Shown: positions 24,593-32,912 of the stretch, piece after piece
Layout of the letters: every line of letters starts with the position of its first letter
Numbering within the stretch: the stretch's first letter is position 1
Virus record (IMG/VR): IMGVR_UViG_3300033129_000671
Location: 1-38,728 of that record
DNA: 38,728 nt
Direction: 5' to 3' (one strand)
Origin: a virus
Lineage: Duplodnaviria > Caudoviricetes
The notes under the pieces: generated by a model
What the model saw: the letters and a program-made list of their open reading frames with translations, nothing else
Told to the model about the DNA's origin: nothing
Database searches by the model: none
Position numbers and translations under genes: made by a program

Positions 24593-24946
24593 ATGAAACA
24601 TTATGCAGTCACGATGGCCACCACCACCGGCCAGAACATCCGAGTTGTTTACAACACGTTCAGCGCAAAGTCAGCCGGCGCTGCCGCTAAACGAAAGACA
24701 GACTTTTTGGAACTAATCAAAGTCGAAGAATGCGAAGCACCAGTCAGCCGGGCTAAGGCAAACCGCCGTTACTGGGTGATTACTTGCCTCGACATGCAGG
24801 GCCGACGCATGGAACTGTTTTCGACTGGTCAGACCCAGAACACCATCCGAAGCAAAATGGCTATGCACCCGCACTGCGACACGATCCTCAAGATCGAGGA
24901 GACATGCGAGTCTGATTACACAGCACGCAAAGCAAAGAAAATATGA
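24593..24946 (+). CDS. Hypothetical protein (117 aa), two copies of the same small unit
   Basis: YAVTMATTTGQNI...LIKVEE and YWVITCLDMQGRRM...ILKIEE. Confidence 0.6.
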   Translation: MKHYAVTMATTTGQNIRVVYNTFSAKSAGAAAKRKTDFLELIKVEECEAPVSRAKANRRYWVITCLDMQGRRMELFSTGQTQNTIRSKMAMHPHCDTILKIEETCESDYTARKAKKI

Positions 24947-25045
24947 ACAATCCTGTAAGCGGTGAGAGCAGTGCCAGAGGCCAAGGACCTCATATTGCGG
25001 TTGATCCGGCAGCCGTGGCAATCCGCCGCCCGGAACTTTTGGATT

Positions 25046-25100
25046 ATGGCATGGCCATGCCGGGCGAGGCAAGGCATGGCGAGGATTGAGCAAGGCATGG
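25046..25100. repeat. Degenerate pentanucleotide (NNGGC) tandem array
   Basis: ATGGC ATGGC CATGC CGGGC GAGGC AAGGC ATGGC GAGGA ... Confidence 0.6.
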
Positions 25101-25135
25101 AACATGGGCGGGCACATCCGCAAACAACAGTCATT

Positions 25136-26236
25136 ATGAAACTACGAGGCTACCAACAGAAAATCGCTGCCGACACACTGGCCGCTTTGGAAACGCACTT
25201 GCGCGTTGTGGTGGCCTGTCCAACTGGTTCCGGCAAGACCGTCATCGCAATGCAAGGGCTGCTGCCGCACCTGCCGAGCCGAATCGCATGGGTTACCCAT
25301 CGCAAGGAGCTTGCCAAGCAAGCGAAGGCATACGGTCAGGATCTCGACGTATTCATGGCGCAGGGCGACATCGCCGGTGACTACCAGACAATCATTATCG
25401 ACGAAGGCCATCACGTCTGCGCAGCGCAGTATCGCAAGATCATAGCAGGATATCCAGATGCGAAGGTTATCGCACTGACCGCAACGCCTTATCGGCTCGA
25501 TGGCGTTGGGCTGGGCTCATGTGGATTCTCTCGCATTATCCACGGGCCAGACACCTACGACCTTACCGAAGACGGCACACTTTGCAGGGTGAGAGTGTTC
25601 ATCCCGCAGTCTGAAGCGACCGTTGCATGGTCGCCGGTGGCAGCCGCAGCGCGCATCGCGTGCACAGCGTTTACGAAAGGCATTGTCTTTTGCCATTCAG
25701 TTAAAGGATCTCAGGATCTAGCGAAGCTGTTAAAAAGCTCTGGCATACCAGCGGCCAGTATCGACGGGGCAACAGATCCAAAACTCCGAGCAAAGTTGTT
25801 TAGAGGCTTTGCTAAAGGGAAAATCAAGATCATGTGCAATCACACGATCTTCACAGAAGGCGTGGACGTGCCGCGAGTCGATCTTGTTGTGCTGAATCGC
25901 TACACTTTAAGCCGTTGCCTGTGGAAGCAGATGATTGGCCGAGGGACACGGAACGCGAAAGGCAAGACGGAATGCACTGTGCTGGATCTAGCAGGGAACG
26001 GCGTCACGCACGGATCAATCTATGACAGAGAAATTTACGATCTTACCGGCAAGGTTGAATCAACCGAGAGCCGCACACTTTCTGCTGCGTTAGCAGAGAC
26101 CGAAGAGAAGCAATATGAATACAACCACGGAGAAGAACTAAAAGAATGGAAACCAAAACCAAAACCGATAAGGCTGATAGAGAGCTTACAGCGTCTGAGT
26201 GCAAGATCGCCATTGCACAGATTGAGGACCGCCTAA
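25136..26236 (+). CDS. Superfamily 2 DExH helicase (UvsW/ResIII-like)
   Basis: LRGYQ, PTGSGKT, IIDEGHH, LTATP, EGVDVP, QMIGRGTR. Confidence 0.92.
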   Translation: MKLRGYQQKIAADTLAALETHLRVVVACPTGSGKTVIAMQGLLPHLPSRIAWVTHRKELAKQAKAYGQDLDVFMAQGDIAGDYQTIIIDEGHHVCAAQYRKIIAGYPDAKVIALTATPYRLDGVGLGSCGFSRIIHGPDTYDLTEDGTLCRVRVFIPQSEATVAWSPVAAAARIACTAFTKGIVFCHSVKGSQDLAKLLKSSGIPAASIDGATDPKLRAKLFRGFAKGKIKIMCNHTIFTEGVDVPRVDLVVLNRYTLSRCLWKQMIGRGTRNAKGKTECTVLDLAGNGVTHGSIYDREIYDLTGKVESTESRTLSAALAETEEKQYEYNHGEELKEWKPKPKPIRLIESLQRLSARSPLHRLRTA

Positions 26237-26706
26237 AGCGGATAGCAAAAGCTCAAAAGGAATTTATCAAAACATTCTATCCTCGTTTAGCAGAATATTC
26301 TGAGGATGAGCACGATCAAGTAATGGATGAGGTGCAGAAAATGAAAATGACTTTAAGGGAAAAATACAACATTCCCAATGGAGTGCACATATTTGACGAT
26401 ACAAACGAAGAAGCTCTGAGAGAGCACAACCTGCAAGCATACGGGCCGTATATAAAGGCTTTTGTAAAAGGACAGCTAACAGAATTTCAATATCACATGA
26501 TGGTCTTTCACTTTGAAGAGGCTTATGAATTTGATTATGGATGGGTTTTAATTGAACGCCCTTTGTGTTATTATGACGCTCCAAATGAAGACGATGTTGA
26601 TATAGACGAAATCCATAAAGAAATGTTTGAAATTGGAACAAGATCTAAGATTAAAAACACAAAACTGGAAGGTCTTTGGCCATATTGTGGATTGCCAATA
26701 AATTAA
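26146..26706 (+). CDS. Hypothetical acidic protein, AT-rich
   Basis: 186 aa ORF overlapping the helicase 3' end; start uncertain. Confidence 0.6.
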   Translation: METKTKTDKADRELTASECKIAIAQIEDRLKRIAKAQKEFIKTFYPRLAEYSEDEHDQVMDEVQKMKMTLREKYNIPNGVHIFDDTNEEALREHNLQAYGPYIKAFVKGQLTEFQYHMMVFHFEEAYEFDYGWVLIERPLCYYDAPNEDDVDIDEIHKEMFEIGTRSKIKNTKLEGLWPYCGLPIN

Positions 26707-26719
26707 CCAACACAACCCA

Positions 26720-26935
26720 ATGGAAACAACACACTCAAACGCATTGATGAACCACGCCGGCGCTTTGTATTCGGCTTACCTAAACGCAGCCAAAGATCAT
26801 CACCCAGAGATGAGCATTACAAGCTGGCCGGATTTTGTCTGCGACCCACTGAACAAGGTCTCAGTCGGTTGCTGGATCGCAGTGGCGAAGGTCGCCGTCA
26901 AGATGGAGAACGATGCAAGGGATAGTGCTTTATGA
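26720..26935 (+). CDS. Hypothetical protein
   Basis: CA-rich leader, ATGA coupling. Confidence 0.6.
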   Translation: METTHSNALMNHAGALYSAYLNAAKDHHPEMSITSWPDFVCDPLNKVSVGCWIAVAKVAVKMENDARDSAL

Positions 26936-27132
26936 TTACCAAACAAGCACTGATCGACATCATGCTGCAGCAGCGCGAGACCATCAACTGGATGCAGGCG
27001 TACGAGCGTGCCATCTATTTGATTAGCAAAGCAGCAATTACCAAAACTCAAGAGGAACGGGATTACTGGAAGGTGCGGTGTGCGGCAGCCGAGGACAAAC
27101 TAATCGACATCAAACTCTTTGGAAAATCATGA
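26932..27132 (+). CDS. Hypothetical protein
   Basis: ATGA overlaps at both ends. Confidence 0.6.
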   Translation: MITKQALIDIMLQQRETINWMQAYERAIYLISKAAITKTQEERDYWKVRCAAAEDKLIDIKLFGKS

Positions 27133-27380
27133 TTCTACCAACCATCCATTCTGGCGGCACATCACGGGCCGCACTGATCCGCGATTACGACGCAGCCGCT
27201 CGTGCGTTTAAGGACTTTGTAGACGCATGGGAAGCCATCGAGTTCAACGGGCGCGACTACTACCGACAAGGGCCGGGCGCTTGGGATACGGCAGTAGATG
27301 AGCGATACAAGCACACGCAGGCTCTCGACGAGTTGTGCGACTACCTCACCGAGATCAGAACACATTTACACAAACAATAA
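27129..27380 (+). CDS. Hypothetical protein
   Basis: MILPTIHSGGTS...FNGRDYY.QG; coupled overlaps. Confidence 0.65.
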   Translation: MILPTIHSGGTSRAALIRDYDAAARAFKDFVDAWEAIEFNGRDYYRQGPGAWDTAVDERYKHTQALDELCDYLTEIRTHLHKQ

Positions 27381-27592
27381 TGAACCCAATGACCGTCAAA
27401 TTAAAAACCCTTTGCACACGATGCCAGCAGCCTTTGGAATGCAACTGGCCAGCCGAGATGACATTTGCAGGCGAACCTTGCACGGCTGAGGAGTACATGG
27501 CCAAGACCTTAATGGGTGAAAACCTCGGTGTTTATTGTGACGCCTGCCTCGACAAGATGCCTTTCAAACTTGAGAAGCTATATTATGTTTAA
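27380..27592 (+). CDS. Small Zn-binding protein
   Basis: CTRC ... CDAC. Confidence 0.6.
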   Translation: MNPMTVKLKTLCTRCQQPLECNWPAEMTFAGEPCTAEEYMAKTLMGENLGVYCDACLDKMPFKLEKLYYV

Positions 27593-27779
27593 AAGAATAG
27601 AGACATCCCCACTTAGGTGGGAATACCAAGAATACTTACCAGAGATGGATCACGAGCAATTTATGGAAATTTACCAAGCGAGCAAAATAATTGATGGGGC
27701 TAGGTTGTTTCCATGCGTCGAAGACTGCTTGGGCAACAAAATCTGGATTACAGACTTAAACACGGGCTACACACAATGA
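27585..27779 (+). CDS. Hypothetical protein
   Basis: ATG 27585, ATGA overlap at the end. Confidence 0.5.
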   Translation: MFKRIETSPLRWEYQEYLPEMDHEQFMEIYQASKIIDGARLFPCVEDCLGNKIWITDLNTGYTQ

Positions 27780-28027
27780 ACAACGTGACCAAAACACCTC
27801 AAGAAAAGCACGCACAAGGCTATGTTTATTCAAAGTGCTGCGACGTGCGCGCCGTTACTGCTGGTGGTAAGAGCATTGGGTCCACCTGCTGGTATGTGTG
27901 CACAGATTGCCGCAAGCCTTGCGATATTCTTTTTCGGGACATCAACACAAACCATGAGCGGCGGACGATTCAACTACAACCAAGCTTCTCTGATAAATCT
28001 TTCAGAGGACATTCAAGAGATCATTGA
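27776..28027 (+). CDS. Small Cys-rich Zn-ribbon protein
   Basis: SKCC...YVCTDCRKPC. Confidence 0.55.
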   Translation: MNNVTKTPQEKHAQGYVYSKCCDVRAVTAGGKSIGSTCWYVCTDCRKPCDILFRDINTNHERRTIQLQPSFSDKSFRGHSRDH

Positions 28028-28241
28028 CCGGAACAACCCGCTCAATGCGGGCGACCGGCACTCACCGGAGATCATCGCACGGTACAAGGAGGCGGTCTAC
28101 AACCTCGAACGAGTCTTTCAAATGGTGCAACGCATCGACTACCTCGAAAGCCAAGACGACGGGCCAGAGTCCTTCATTGAGCGATGGGATGAGGAGGTTC
28201 CACCGAGTTGGGAAGAGACGTTTAAATCAAAACAACCATGA
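27954..28241 (+). CDS. Hypothetical phage protein
   Basis: MSGGRFNY...RIDYLESQDDGPESF pattern; CA-rich leader. Confidence 0.65.
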   Translation: MSGGRFNYNQASLINLSEDIQEIIDRNNPLNAGDRHSPEIIARYKEAVYNLERVFQMVQRIDYLESQDDGPESFIERWDEEVPPSWEETFKSKQP

Positions 28242-28489
28242 GCGCCTCATTCCCGATCACCGACGCCGTTCAGGCGGCGCTTTATTACGCAAAACCAACT
28301 AACCTAACCATTGAGCAATTGGATTTTGCCTACGAACAAATGGCAAAATATACAACGGATGAAGACAGAGAACGGGTATGCTCCCAGCTTGCCGCCGCCG
28401 CACGGATTTTGGCTGACGAAGTCGAGAGGCTGCGTGCAGAATTAAACACAAATAAAACAATAATTGAACACGAATTAAACACGAATTAA
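28238..28489 (+). CDS. Hypothetical protein
   Basis: ATGA overlap; LADEVERLRAEL coiled coil. Confidence 0.55.
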   Translation: MSASFPITDAVQAALYYAKPTNLTIEQLDFAYEQMAKYTTDEDRERVCSQLAAAARILADEVERLRAELNTNKTIIEHELNTN

Positions 28490-28493
28490 ACAC
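28439..28493. repeat. Five tandem 11-bp units (consensus GAATTAAACAC) directly upstream of thyA
   Basis: GAATTAAACAC AAATAAAACAA TAATTGAACAC GAATTAAACAC GAATTAAACAC A ATG. Confidence 0.8.
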
Positions 28494-28494
28494 A

Positions 28495-29307
28495 ATGAGC
28501 AGCGAAAAAAAATATCTTGACCTTATGCACGAGGTCTATCAACAAGGCGAGTGGCGGGCTGACCGCACCGGCACGGGCGTGTCATCGCTATTTGGGAAGC
28601 AGGTCGTCTATGATCTGAAAGACGGATTCCCTTTGCTGACGACCAAGAAAATTCATTGGAAATCGGTCGTCCATGAACTTCTTTGGTTTCTGAAAGGGGA
28701 TTCAAACATCAAATATCTCCAAGATAACGGCGTCACGATATGGAACGAATGGTGCGACGAAGACGGGGATCTCGGGCCGGTGTACCCCGTCCAATGGCGT
28801 TTTTGGAACTACGGAATCAATATTTTTGCAGCACATGATCAAATTATAAACTTGATAGCTGGGATCAAAGCTGATCCGTTCAGCCGCCGTCACATTGTCA
28901 CCGCTTGGAATCCAAGCCAGCTTGCAGACATGGCACTCCCGCCTTGTCACGTACTGTGGCAGATCTACGTCCATCAAGATGGCACGATGGACCTCCAGCT
29001 CTACCAGCGCAGCGCCGACATCTTCCTCGGTGTACCCTTCAACATGGCTTCTTATTCGCTCCTGCTTATGATGATCGCCCAATGTACAGGCTACCGTGCA
29101 GGCCGGTTCATTCACACCCTCGGTGATACACACCTCTATCGAAACCACGTAGACGCCTACTTCATCCAGAAAGACCGCACGATCCTGCCGCCGCCGATAG
29201 TTGGCCTAAGCCCGGGGATCAAAAGCATATTTGACTTCCAAGACGGGGACATCGTTTTACTCGATTACAACCCACACCCGGCGATAAAAGCGCCCGTAGC
29301 CGTATGA
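28495..29307 (+). CDS. thyA: Thymidylate synthase
   Basis: DRTGTG, FPLLTTKK, ELLWF, MALPPCH, YQRSADIFLGVPFN, GDTHLY. Confidence 0.97.
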   Translation: MSSEKKYLDLMHEVYQQGEWRADRTGTGVSSLFGKQVVYDLKDGFPLLTTKKIHWKSVVHELLWFLKGDSNIKYLQDNGVTIWNEWCDEDGDLGPVYPVQWRFWNYGINIFAAHDQIINLIAGIKADPFSRRHIVTAWNPSQLADMALPPCHVLWQIYVHQDGTMDLQLYQRSADIFLGVPFNMASYSLLLMMIAQCTGYRAGRFIHTLGDTHLYRNHVDAYFIQKDRTILPPPIVGLSPGIKSIFDFQDGDIVLLDYNPHPAIKAPVAV

Positions 29308-29498
29308 AAATCTCTGAATTAGTGACCAAACTCGAAGAACTCAAAGCAAAGCACGGGGACATTGAAGTCTTTTACAGAGACTGGTATGAAGGAGGCTTCT
29401 GCAAAATACATGATTTGCTTATAAAATACCCATTTAAAAAAGGTGAATGGCGGGAGGAGGACAAAACGCAACCTGCCTATCAAATCGAACTGATCTGA
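29304..29498 (+). CDS. Hypothetical protein
   Basis: MKISELVTKLEELKAKHGDIEV, a common phage N-terminal pattern. Confidence 0.6.
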   Translation: MKISELVTKLEELKAKHGDIEVFYRDWYEGGFCKIHDLLIKYPFKKGEWREEDKTQPAYQIELI

Positions 29499-29501
29499 AT
29501 C

Positions 29502-29777
29502 ATGAACACAAAACCACAATCCGATCCGTTAGGATCATCGCGCCTAATGTTTTGGCAACCCATCGAAACCGCGCCGAAAGACGGCTCCGAGATCCTAGCG
29601 GCAGTGCGCTATCCAAACAAAGGCTTCTATGAAACCTTCTTCCTGTACTGGATCGACACGTTGAAAGGATACCCCGACGGCGTGTGGGCGTTTGATTACG
29701 AAACGCCTATCACTTACGGCACGCCTACGCATTGGATGGAAACGCCCCAGTACGTGGAACCCAAAACTGAACCATGA
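29502..29777 (+). CDS. DUF551-like protein
   Basis: WQPIETAPKDG ... PTHWM. Confidence 0.75.
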   Translation: MNTKPQSDPLGSSRLMFWQPIETAPKDGSEILAAVRYPNKGFYETFFLYWIDTLKGYPDGVWAFDYETPITYGTPTHWMETPQYVEPKTEP

Positions 29778-29967
29778 ACCCCCAACCCACCTGCTTTACC
29801 TGCGATCACTGGCACTCCCATCACCCATGGGAAGGGTGGTGCACTCGGTGGAATTCGTTTGCCACCACACCGAGACGTGTTTTGAGCACGTCCCGGTCAA
29901 AATCGAGCCGATCGACAAACTAAAAAATCCACCGCAACCCGTTGATAAAGAAGAGTGGTTTTGCTAA
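29774..29967 (+). pseudogene. Cys-rich small gene apparently split by a frameshift near 29858-29861
   Basis: Frame from 29774 gives CFTCDHW...GWCTRWNS; the expected last Cys (TETCFEH) lies in the -1 frame. Confidence 0.35.
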
Positions 29968-29989
29968 AACCCAAGCTAACGACAAGCTA

Positions 29990-30328
29990 ATGAACGAAAC
30001 AATTGAAGAACTAATCGAGTATTTTGAGAACTACAACCGTCACCGGTTATACTCGATTCTCGACCGTCACCATGGCAGTGCTCTTTTCCAAGCCATTCAC
30101 ATACTCAAAAAAATGACGTGGCAACCGATGGAGACTGCACCCAAAGATAGAGAGTTCCTCGCTGTGTGGGGGCCAAAAGACCCGCCGACGGGAGAAGCAT
30201 TTGACGTGTTCCGTTACGACGAGGACAAGCAAAAAATTGTTTTTTCTAGCCACGGCGCTGTTATCTTTTTACCCAGCGACACGTACGGCCCGTGGGCTTG
30301 GATGGAAATTCCAAAGTACGAAGGATAA
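29990..30328 (+). CDS. Protein with a second DUF551-like domain
   Basis: WQPMETAPKDREF ... PWAWMEIP. Confidence 0.65.
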   Translation: MNETIEELIEYFENYNRHRLYSILDRHHGSALFQAIHILKKMTWQPMETAPKDREFLAVWGPKDPPTGEAFDVFRYDEDKQKIVFSSHGAVIFLPSDTYGPWAWMEIPKYEG

Positions 30329-30356
30329 AAAATAAGCAAAAGGTGCAAGATTTTTG

Positions 30357-30393
30357 TTGCGCGCATGTATCCATAGGCTACATTGATCACATG
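30357..30393 (+). promoter_or_regulatory. Early promoter TTGCGC-N16-TACATT-GATCAC-ATG with overlapping near-palindrome TGTATCC-ATA-GGCTACA
   Basis: Intergenic, A-rich upstream; -10 element ends 6 nt before the ATG. Confidence 0.6.
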
Positions 30394-30576
30394 ACGAACA
30401 AACTTGCCGCCAAACTCTCCACAATGAGCATCGACCAAATCATTGAAGTCGTGACTATCATGTTTAACAACATGAGCGACGAAGCAGAAATTATCCTTGA
30501 ACACGGGCTGGCCGCTCTTGAGTCAAAAATGGCAGAATCTGATTTCGTCAAATTTTGCGACAACCTTAGCGCATGA
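30391..30576 (+). CDS. Hypothetical protein (61 aa)
   Basis: ATG directly after the promoter. Confidence 0.6.
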   Translation: MTNKLAAKLSTMSIDQIIEVVTIMFNNMSDEAEIILEHGLAALESKMAESDFVKFCDNLSA

Positions 30577-30710
30577 AACCAACAAGAAAGCAGGTGCTGG
30601 CGTGGATACGGTATCACGCCAGCAAGGGCGACATTGCCGCCGCACAACGGCTATATATCGAAAACCGCATCTCTTGGGCTGCATATCAGGAGGCTATTAA
30701 ACGCAAATGA
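30573..30710 (+). CDS. Hypothetical protein (45 aa); not in ORF track
   Basis: MKPTRKQVLAWIRYHASKGDIAAAQRLYIENRISWAAYQEAIKRK; ATGA overlaps at both ends. Confidence 0.55.
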   Translation: MKPTRKQVLAWIRYHASKGDIAAAQRLYIENRISWAAYQEAIKRK

Positions 30711-30889
30711 CCGCCGCAGCATACAAGGCCAAACGCTTACAACGCGGCACCCAGCAAGAAGTAGCGAAACTTTTAGGAGTGACTCGCGTCACTATCGCTC
30801 GCCGCGAAACAGGAACTCGTCCGGTCACGTTTGAGTCGTGGCTTGCACTCCTTTCTCTCCCAACAAAACAAACAAACCAGAAAACATAA
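30707..30889 (+). CDS. XRE/Cro-family HTH protein
   Basis: GTQQEVAKLLGVTRVTIARRETG. Confidence 0.85.
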   Translation: MTAAAYKAKRLQRGTQQEVAKLLGVTRVTIARRETGTRPVTFESWLALLSLPTKQTNQKT

Positions 30890-30901
30890 CAGCATAACAA
30901 C

Positions 30902-31642
30902 ATGAGCTTTATACTCAGCAATACATCCAAAGGCAACTTTGCCCCACATCCAGAATCAGACGGATTCATCAAGGCCGTCATCGTAGACGTGACACCTCCT
31001 AAAATGATTAGCACCAAGTTTGGCGACAAGAACGTGTTCAAAGTCGTTTACGAGACCGAACACGTAGACATCAATGGACGTGCCGGCCTGATGTTCTCTG
31101 TGCCATACAGCCTAAGCCTGCACGAGAAATCATCGTTTCGCCGGGATCTAAAGAAGATCCGGGGCCGCGACCTGACCGCAGCAGAAGAGAAACAGTTTGA
31201 TGTGGAAGGCGAACTACTGGGCTTTCCAGTTCAGATCATTGTCGAACACGAAGCCAAAGATGATCGCACTTACGCCAAGATCGGATTGATTAAGCCAGAC
31301 AAAACTGACACCCCATACAAAGTTTCTGGCGCATACGTCCGCGTCAAAGACCGTGAAGAAAAGGACGCCGGCGGCACGTACAAGAAAGCATCAACCGCAC
31401 CAGCAGACGACGAGCCGACCGGGCGCGAAGACTGGCAGAAGGTCAAGGTGCACGTCGGCAAGTACGAAGGGCAGGAGCTGGGGGACCTGCCAGAGGAAGG
31501 CATTAAGAGCCTGCATAGTAAGTGGATTCCAAGTCTGCATGGGCAAAAACTGAAGGCTGCCGACAATCGCCTGATGGCAGCCGTAGCAGAAGCCATGGAA
31601 ATGCTGACCCAAGTCGCAGACAAAGGGGAGGAAACATTTTGA
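30902..31642 (+). CDS. Phage single-stranded DNA-binding-like replication protein
   Basis: SLHEKSSFRRDL...LLGFPVQIIVEH...TYAKI OB-like core; acidic end GEETF; adjacent to an exonuclease. Confidence 0.6.
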   Translation: MSFILSNTSKGNFAPHPESDGFIKAVIVDVTPPKMISTKFGDKNVFKVVYETEHVDINGRAGLMFSVPYSLSLHEKSSFRRDLKKIRGRDLTAAEEKQFDVEGELLGFPVQIIVEHEAKDDRTYAKIGLIKPDKTDTPYKVSGAYVRVKDREEKDAGGTYKKASTAPADDEPTGREDWQKVKVHVGKYEGQELGDLPEEGIKSLHSKWIPSLHGQKLKAADNRLMAAVAEAMEMLTQVADKGEETF

Positions 31643-32310
31643 AAACCGCCCTGTTTGACATTGAAACCGGCGCTCTACCACTCGACCAGATCGAGCACCT
31701 GTGCCCAGAGTTTAAAGCTCCGGCCAACTACAAAGACGCGGCCAAGATTGCCGAGAACATTGCAGAACAGAAAGCCACATGGCTGGATCGCGGGGCATTG
31801 TCGGCTCTTACCGGCAAGGTTCTTGCAATTGGTTTGCGTTATAATGGCGTGACCACGATTCTGCAAGACGACGATGAGGCAGTAAATCTGCGCGCGTTTT
31901 GGGCATGGCTAGAGGATCGAGTGCGTGAACGTCGGGCAGTTGTCGGCTTTAACTCCAACAAATTCGACATTCCTTTCCTGACACGAAGGAGCTGGGCTCA
32001 CGGTATCGCCATTCCCTCTGGCGTTTACATGACCCGTGGATACGTGAACCAAAGTGTATTCATTGACCTTGCACTAGAATGGCAGTGCGGCGACCGCATG
32101 GAGTGGGTGAAACTCGACACAGTGTGCAAGTTCTTCGGTCTACCAGCCAAGAACGGCAGCGGTAAGGAGTTTGCCGGCCTATGGGTAAACGACAGAGGCA
32201 AGGCTTTGGAGTACCTTAATAATGACATGGCCATCACCGCAAAAGTGATGGAGCGGATGCTGGGTATCACAGAAGCACCAGCAGCAGCAGCGGCTGACCT
32301 TGACTACTAG
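31639..32310 (+). CDS. Stand-alone 3'-5' exonuclease (DEDDy, PolB-exo-like), TTG start
   Basis: ExoI FDIET, ExoII GFNSNKFDIPFL, ExoIII YLNND; GGAGG 7 nt upstream of the TTG. Confidence 0.88.
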   Translation: MKTALFDIETGALPLDQIEHLCPEFKAPANYKDAAKIAENIAEQKATWLDRGALSALTGKVLAIGLRYNGVTTILQDDDEAVNLRAFWAWLEDRVRERRAVVGFNSNKFDIPFLTRRSWAHGIAIPSGVYMTRGYVNQSVFIDLALEWQCGDRMEWVKLDTVCKFFGLPAKNGSGKEFAGLWVNDRGKALEYLNNDMAITAKVMERMLGITEAPAAAAADLDY

Positions 32311-32314
32311 CATT

Positions 32315-32749
32315 ATGACCATGCGCGAAATAGCGGCTGCGCACGCAGCCGCCAAGGCCAAGGAACAGGAAGAATCTCAAAAAAAAACATCGCCGCTCGT
32401 TATAAAAAATTCCGAATCGGCATCGTACAAGTCGATGGGGTTACCGACGCGGCCAATCCAGTTCATTTCACCCCCATCGCCCTTACCAGAAGAGCGCCTC
32501 GTCGGGACCGAAAACCTGACAGACGTGATACCCAACTTCCCACCCAAGAGCACGGACAGCGAGAAACTGTGGCGGCAAGCCTGCCTCCTCCCGCAGAGCC
32601 AGATGGGGATTATCATGGCACATTCGAGCCAGACCGCGTGGCTCGCGTTATCGAGGCATGGGATGCCGCCATTGCTACTATTCCCGTTGCCAGTCCTCGG
32701 ACAGCTTCCAACAATGCCGCTCGACCCGCAGCTCCAGCCGGCACCGTAA
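32315..32749 (+). CDS. Hypothetical Pro-rich protein
   Basis: ATG at 32315/32321 just after the exonuclease stop. Confidence 0.55.
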   Translation: MTMREIAAAHAAAKAKEQEESQKKTSPLVIKNSESASYKSMGLPTRPIQFISPPSPLPEERLVGTENLTDVIPNFPPKSTDSEKLWRQACLLPQSQMGIIMAHSSQTAWLALSRHGMPPLLLFPLPVLGQLPTMPLDPQLQPAP

Positions 32750-32912
32750 CGCTGCGCGATATCGCATGGTTCCACCAGCTCAACAAGCGGATGGATCTCG
32801 TGCCAGCCGAATTCTGCGCCACCTGCTACGTCAGGTGGAATCGGCAACTCTGGCCGTCCTCGTGCGTCTGCACCGGGGCGGTTTCCCTTTCTTTTACTTG
32901 TCCACGAACATC

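Noticed and set aside
28439-28493. Tandem repeats as a mini CRISPR array
   Set aside because: Units are 11 bp, directly adjacent with no spacers, and no cas genes are present
28495-29307. ThyA as a DNA hypermodification enzyme (dUMP/dCMP hydroxymethylase)
   Set aside because: Motifs match canonical ThyA including PFN; no neighbouring kinase, glycosyltransferase or other modification genes recognised
31655-31677. TTGACA in the exonuclease gene as another late motif
   Set aside because: Followed by N14-CTA, lacks the G(A/C) 5' context, and is explained by the conserved F-D-I codons
32658-32912. 85-aa N-terminal extension of the Pif1-like helicase
   Set aside because: Low-complexity translation overlapping other ORFs; ATG 32913 gives a typical domain start
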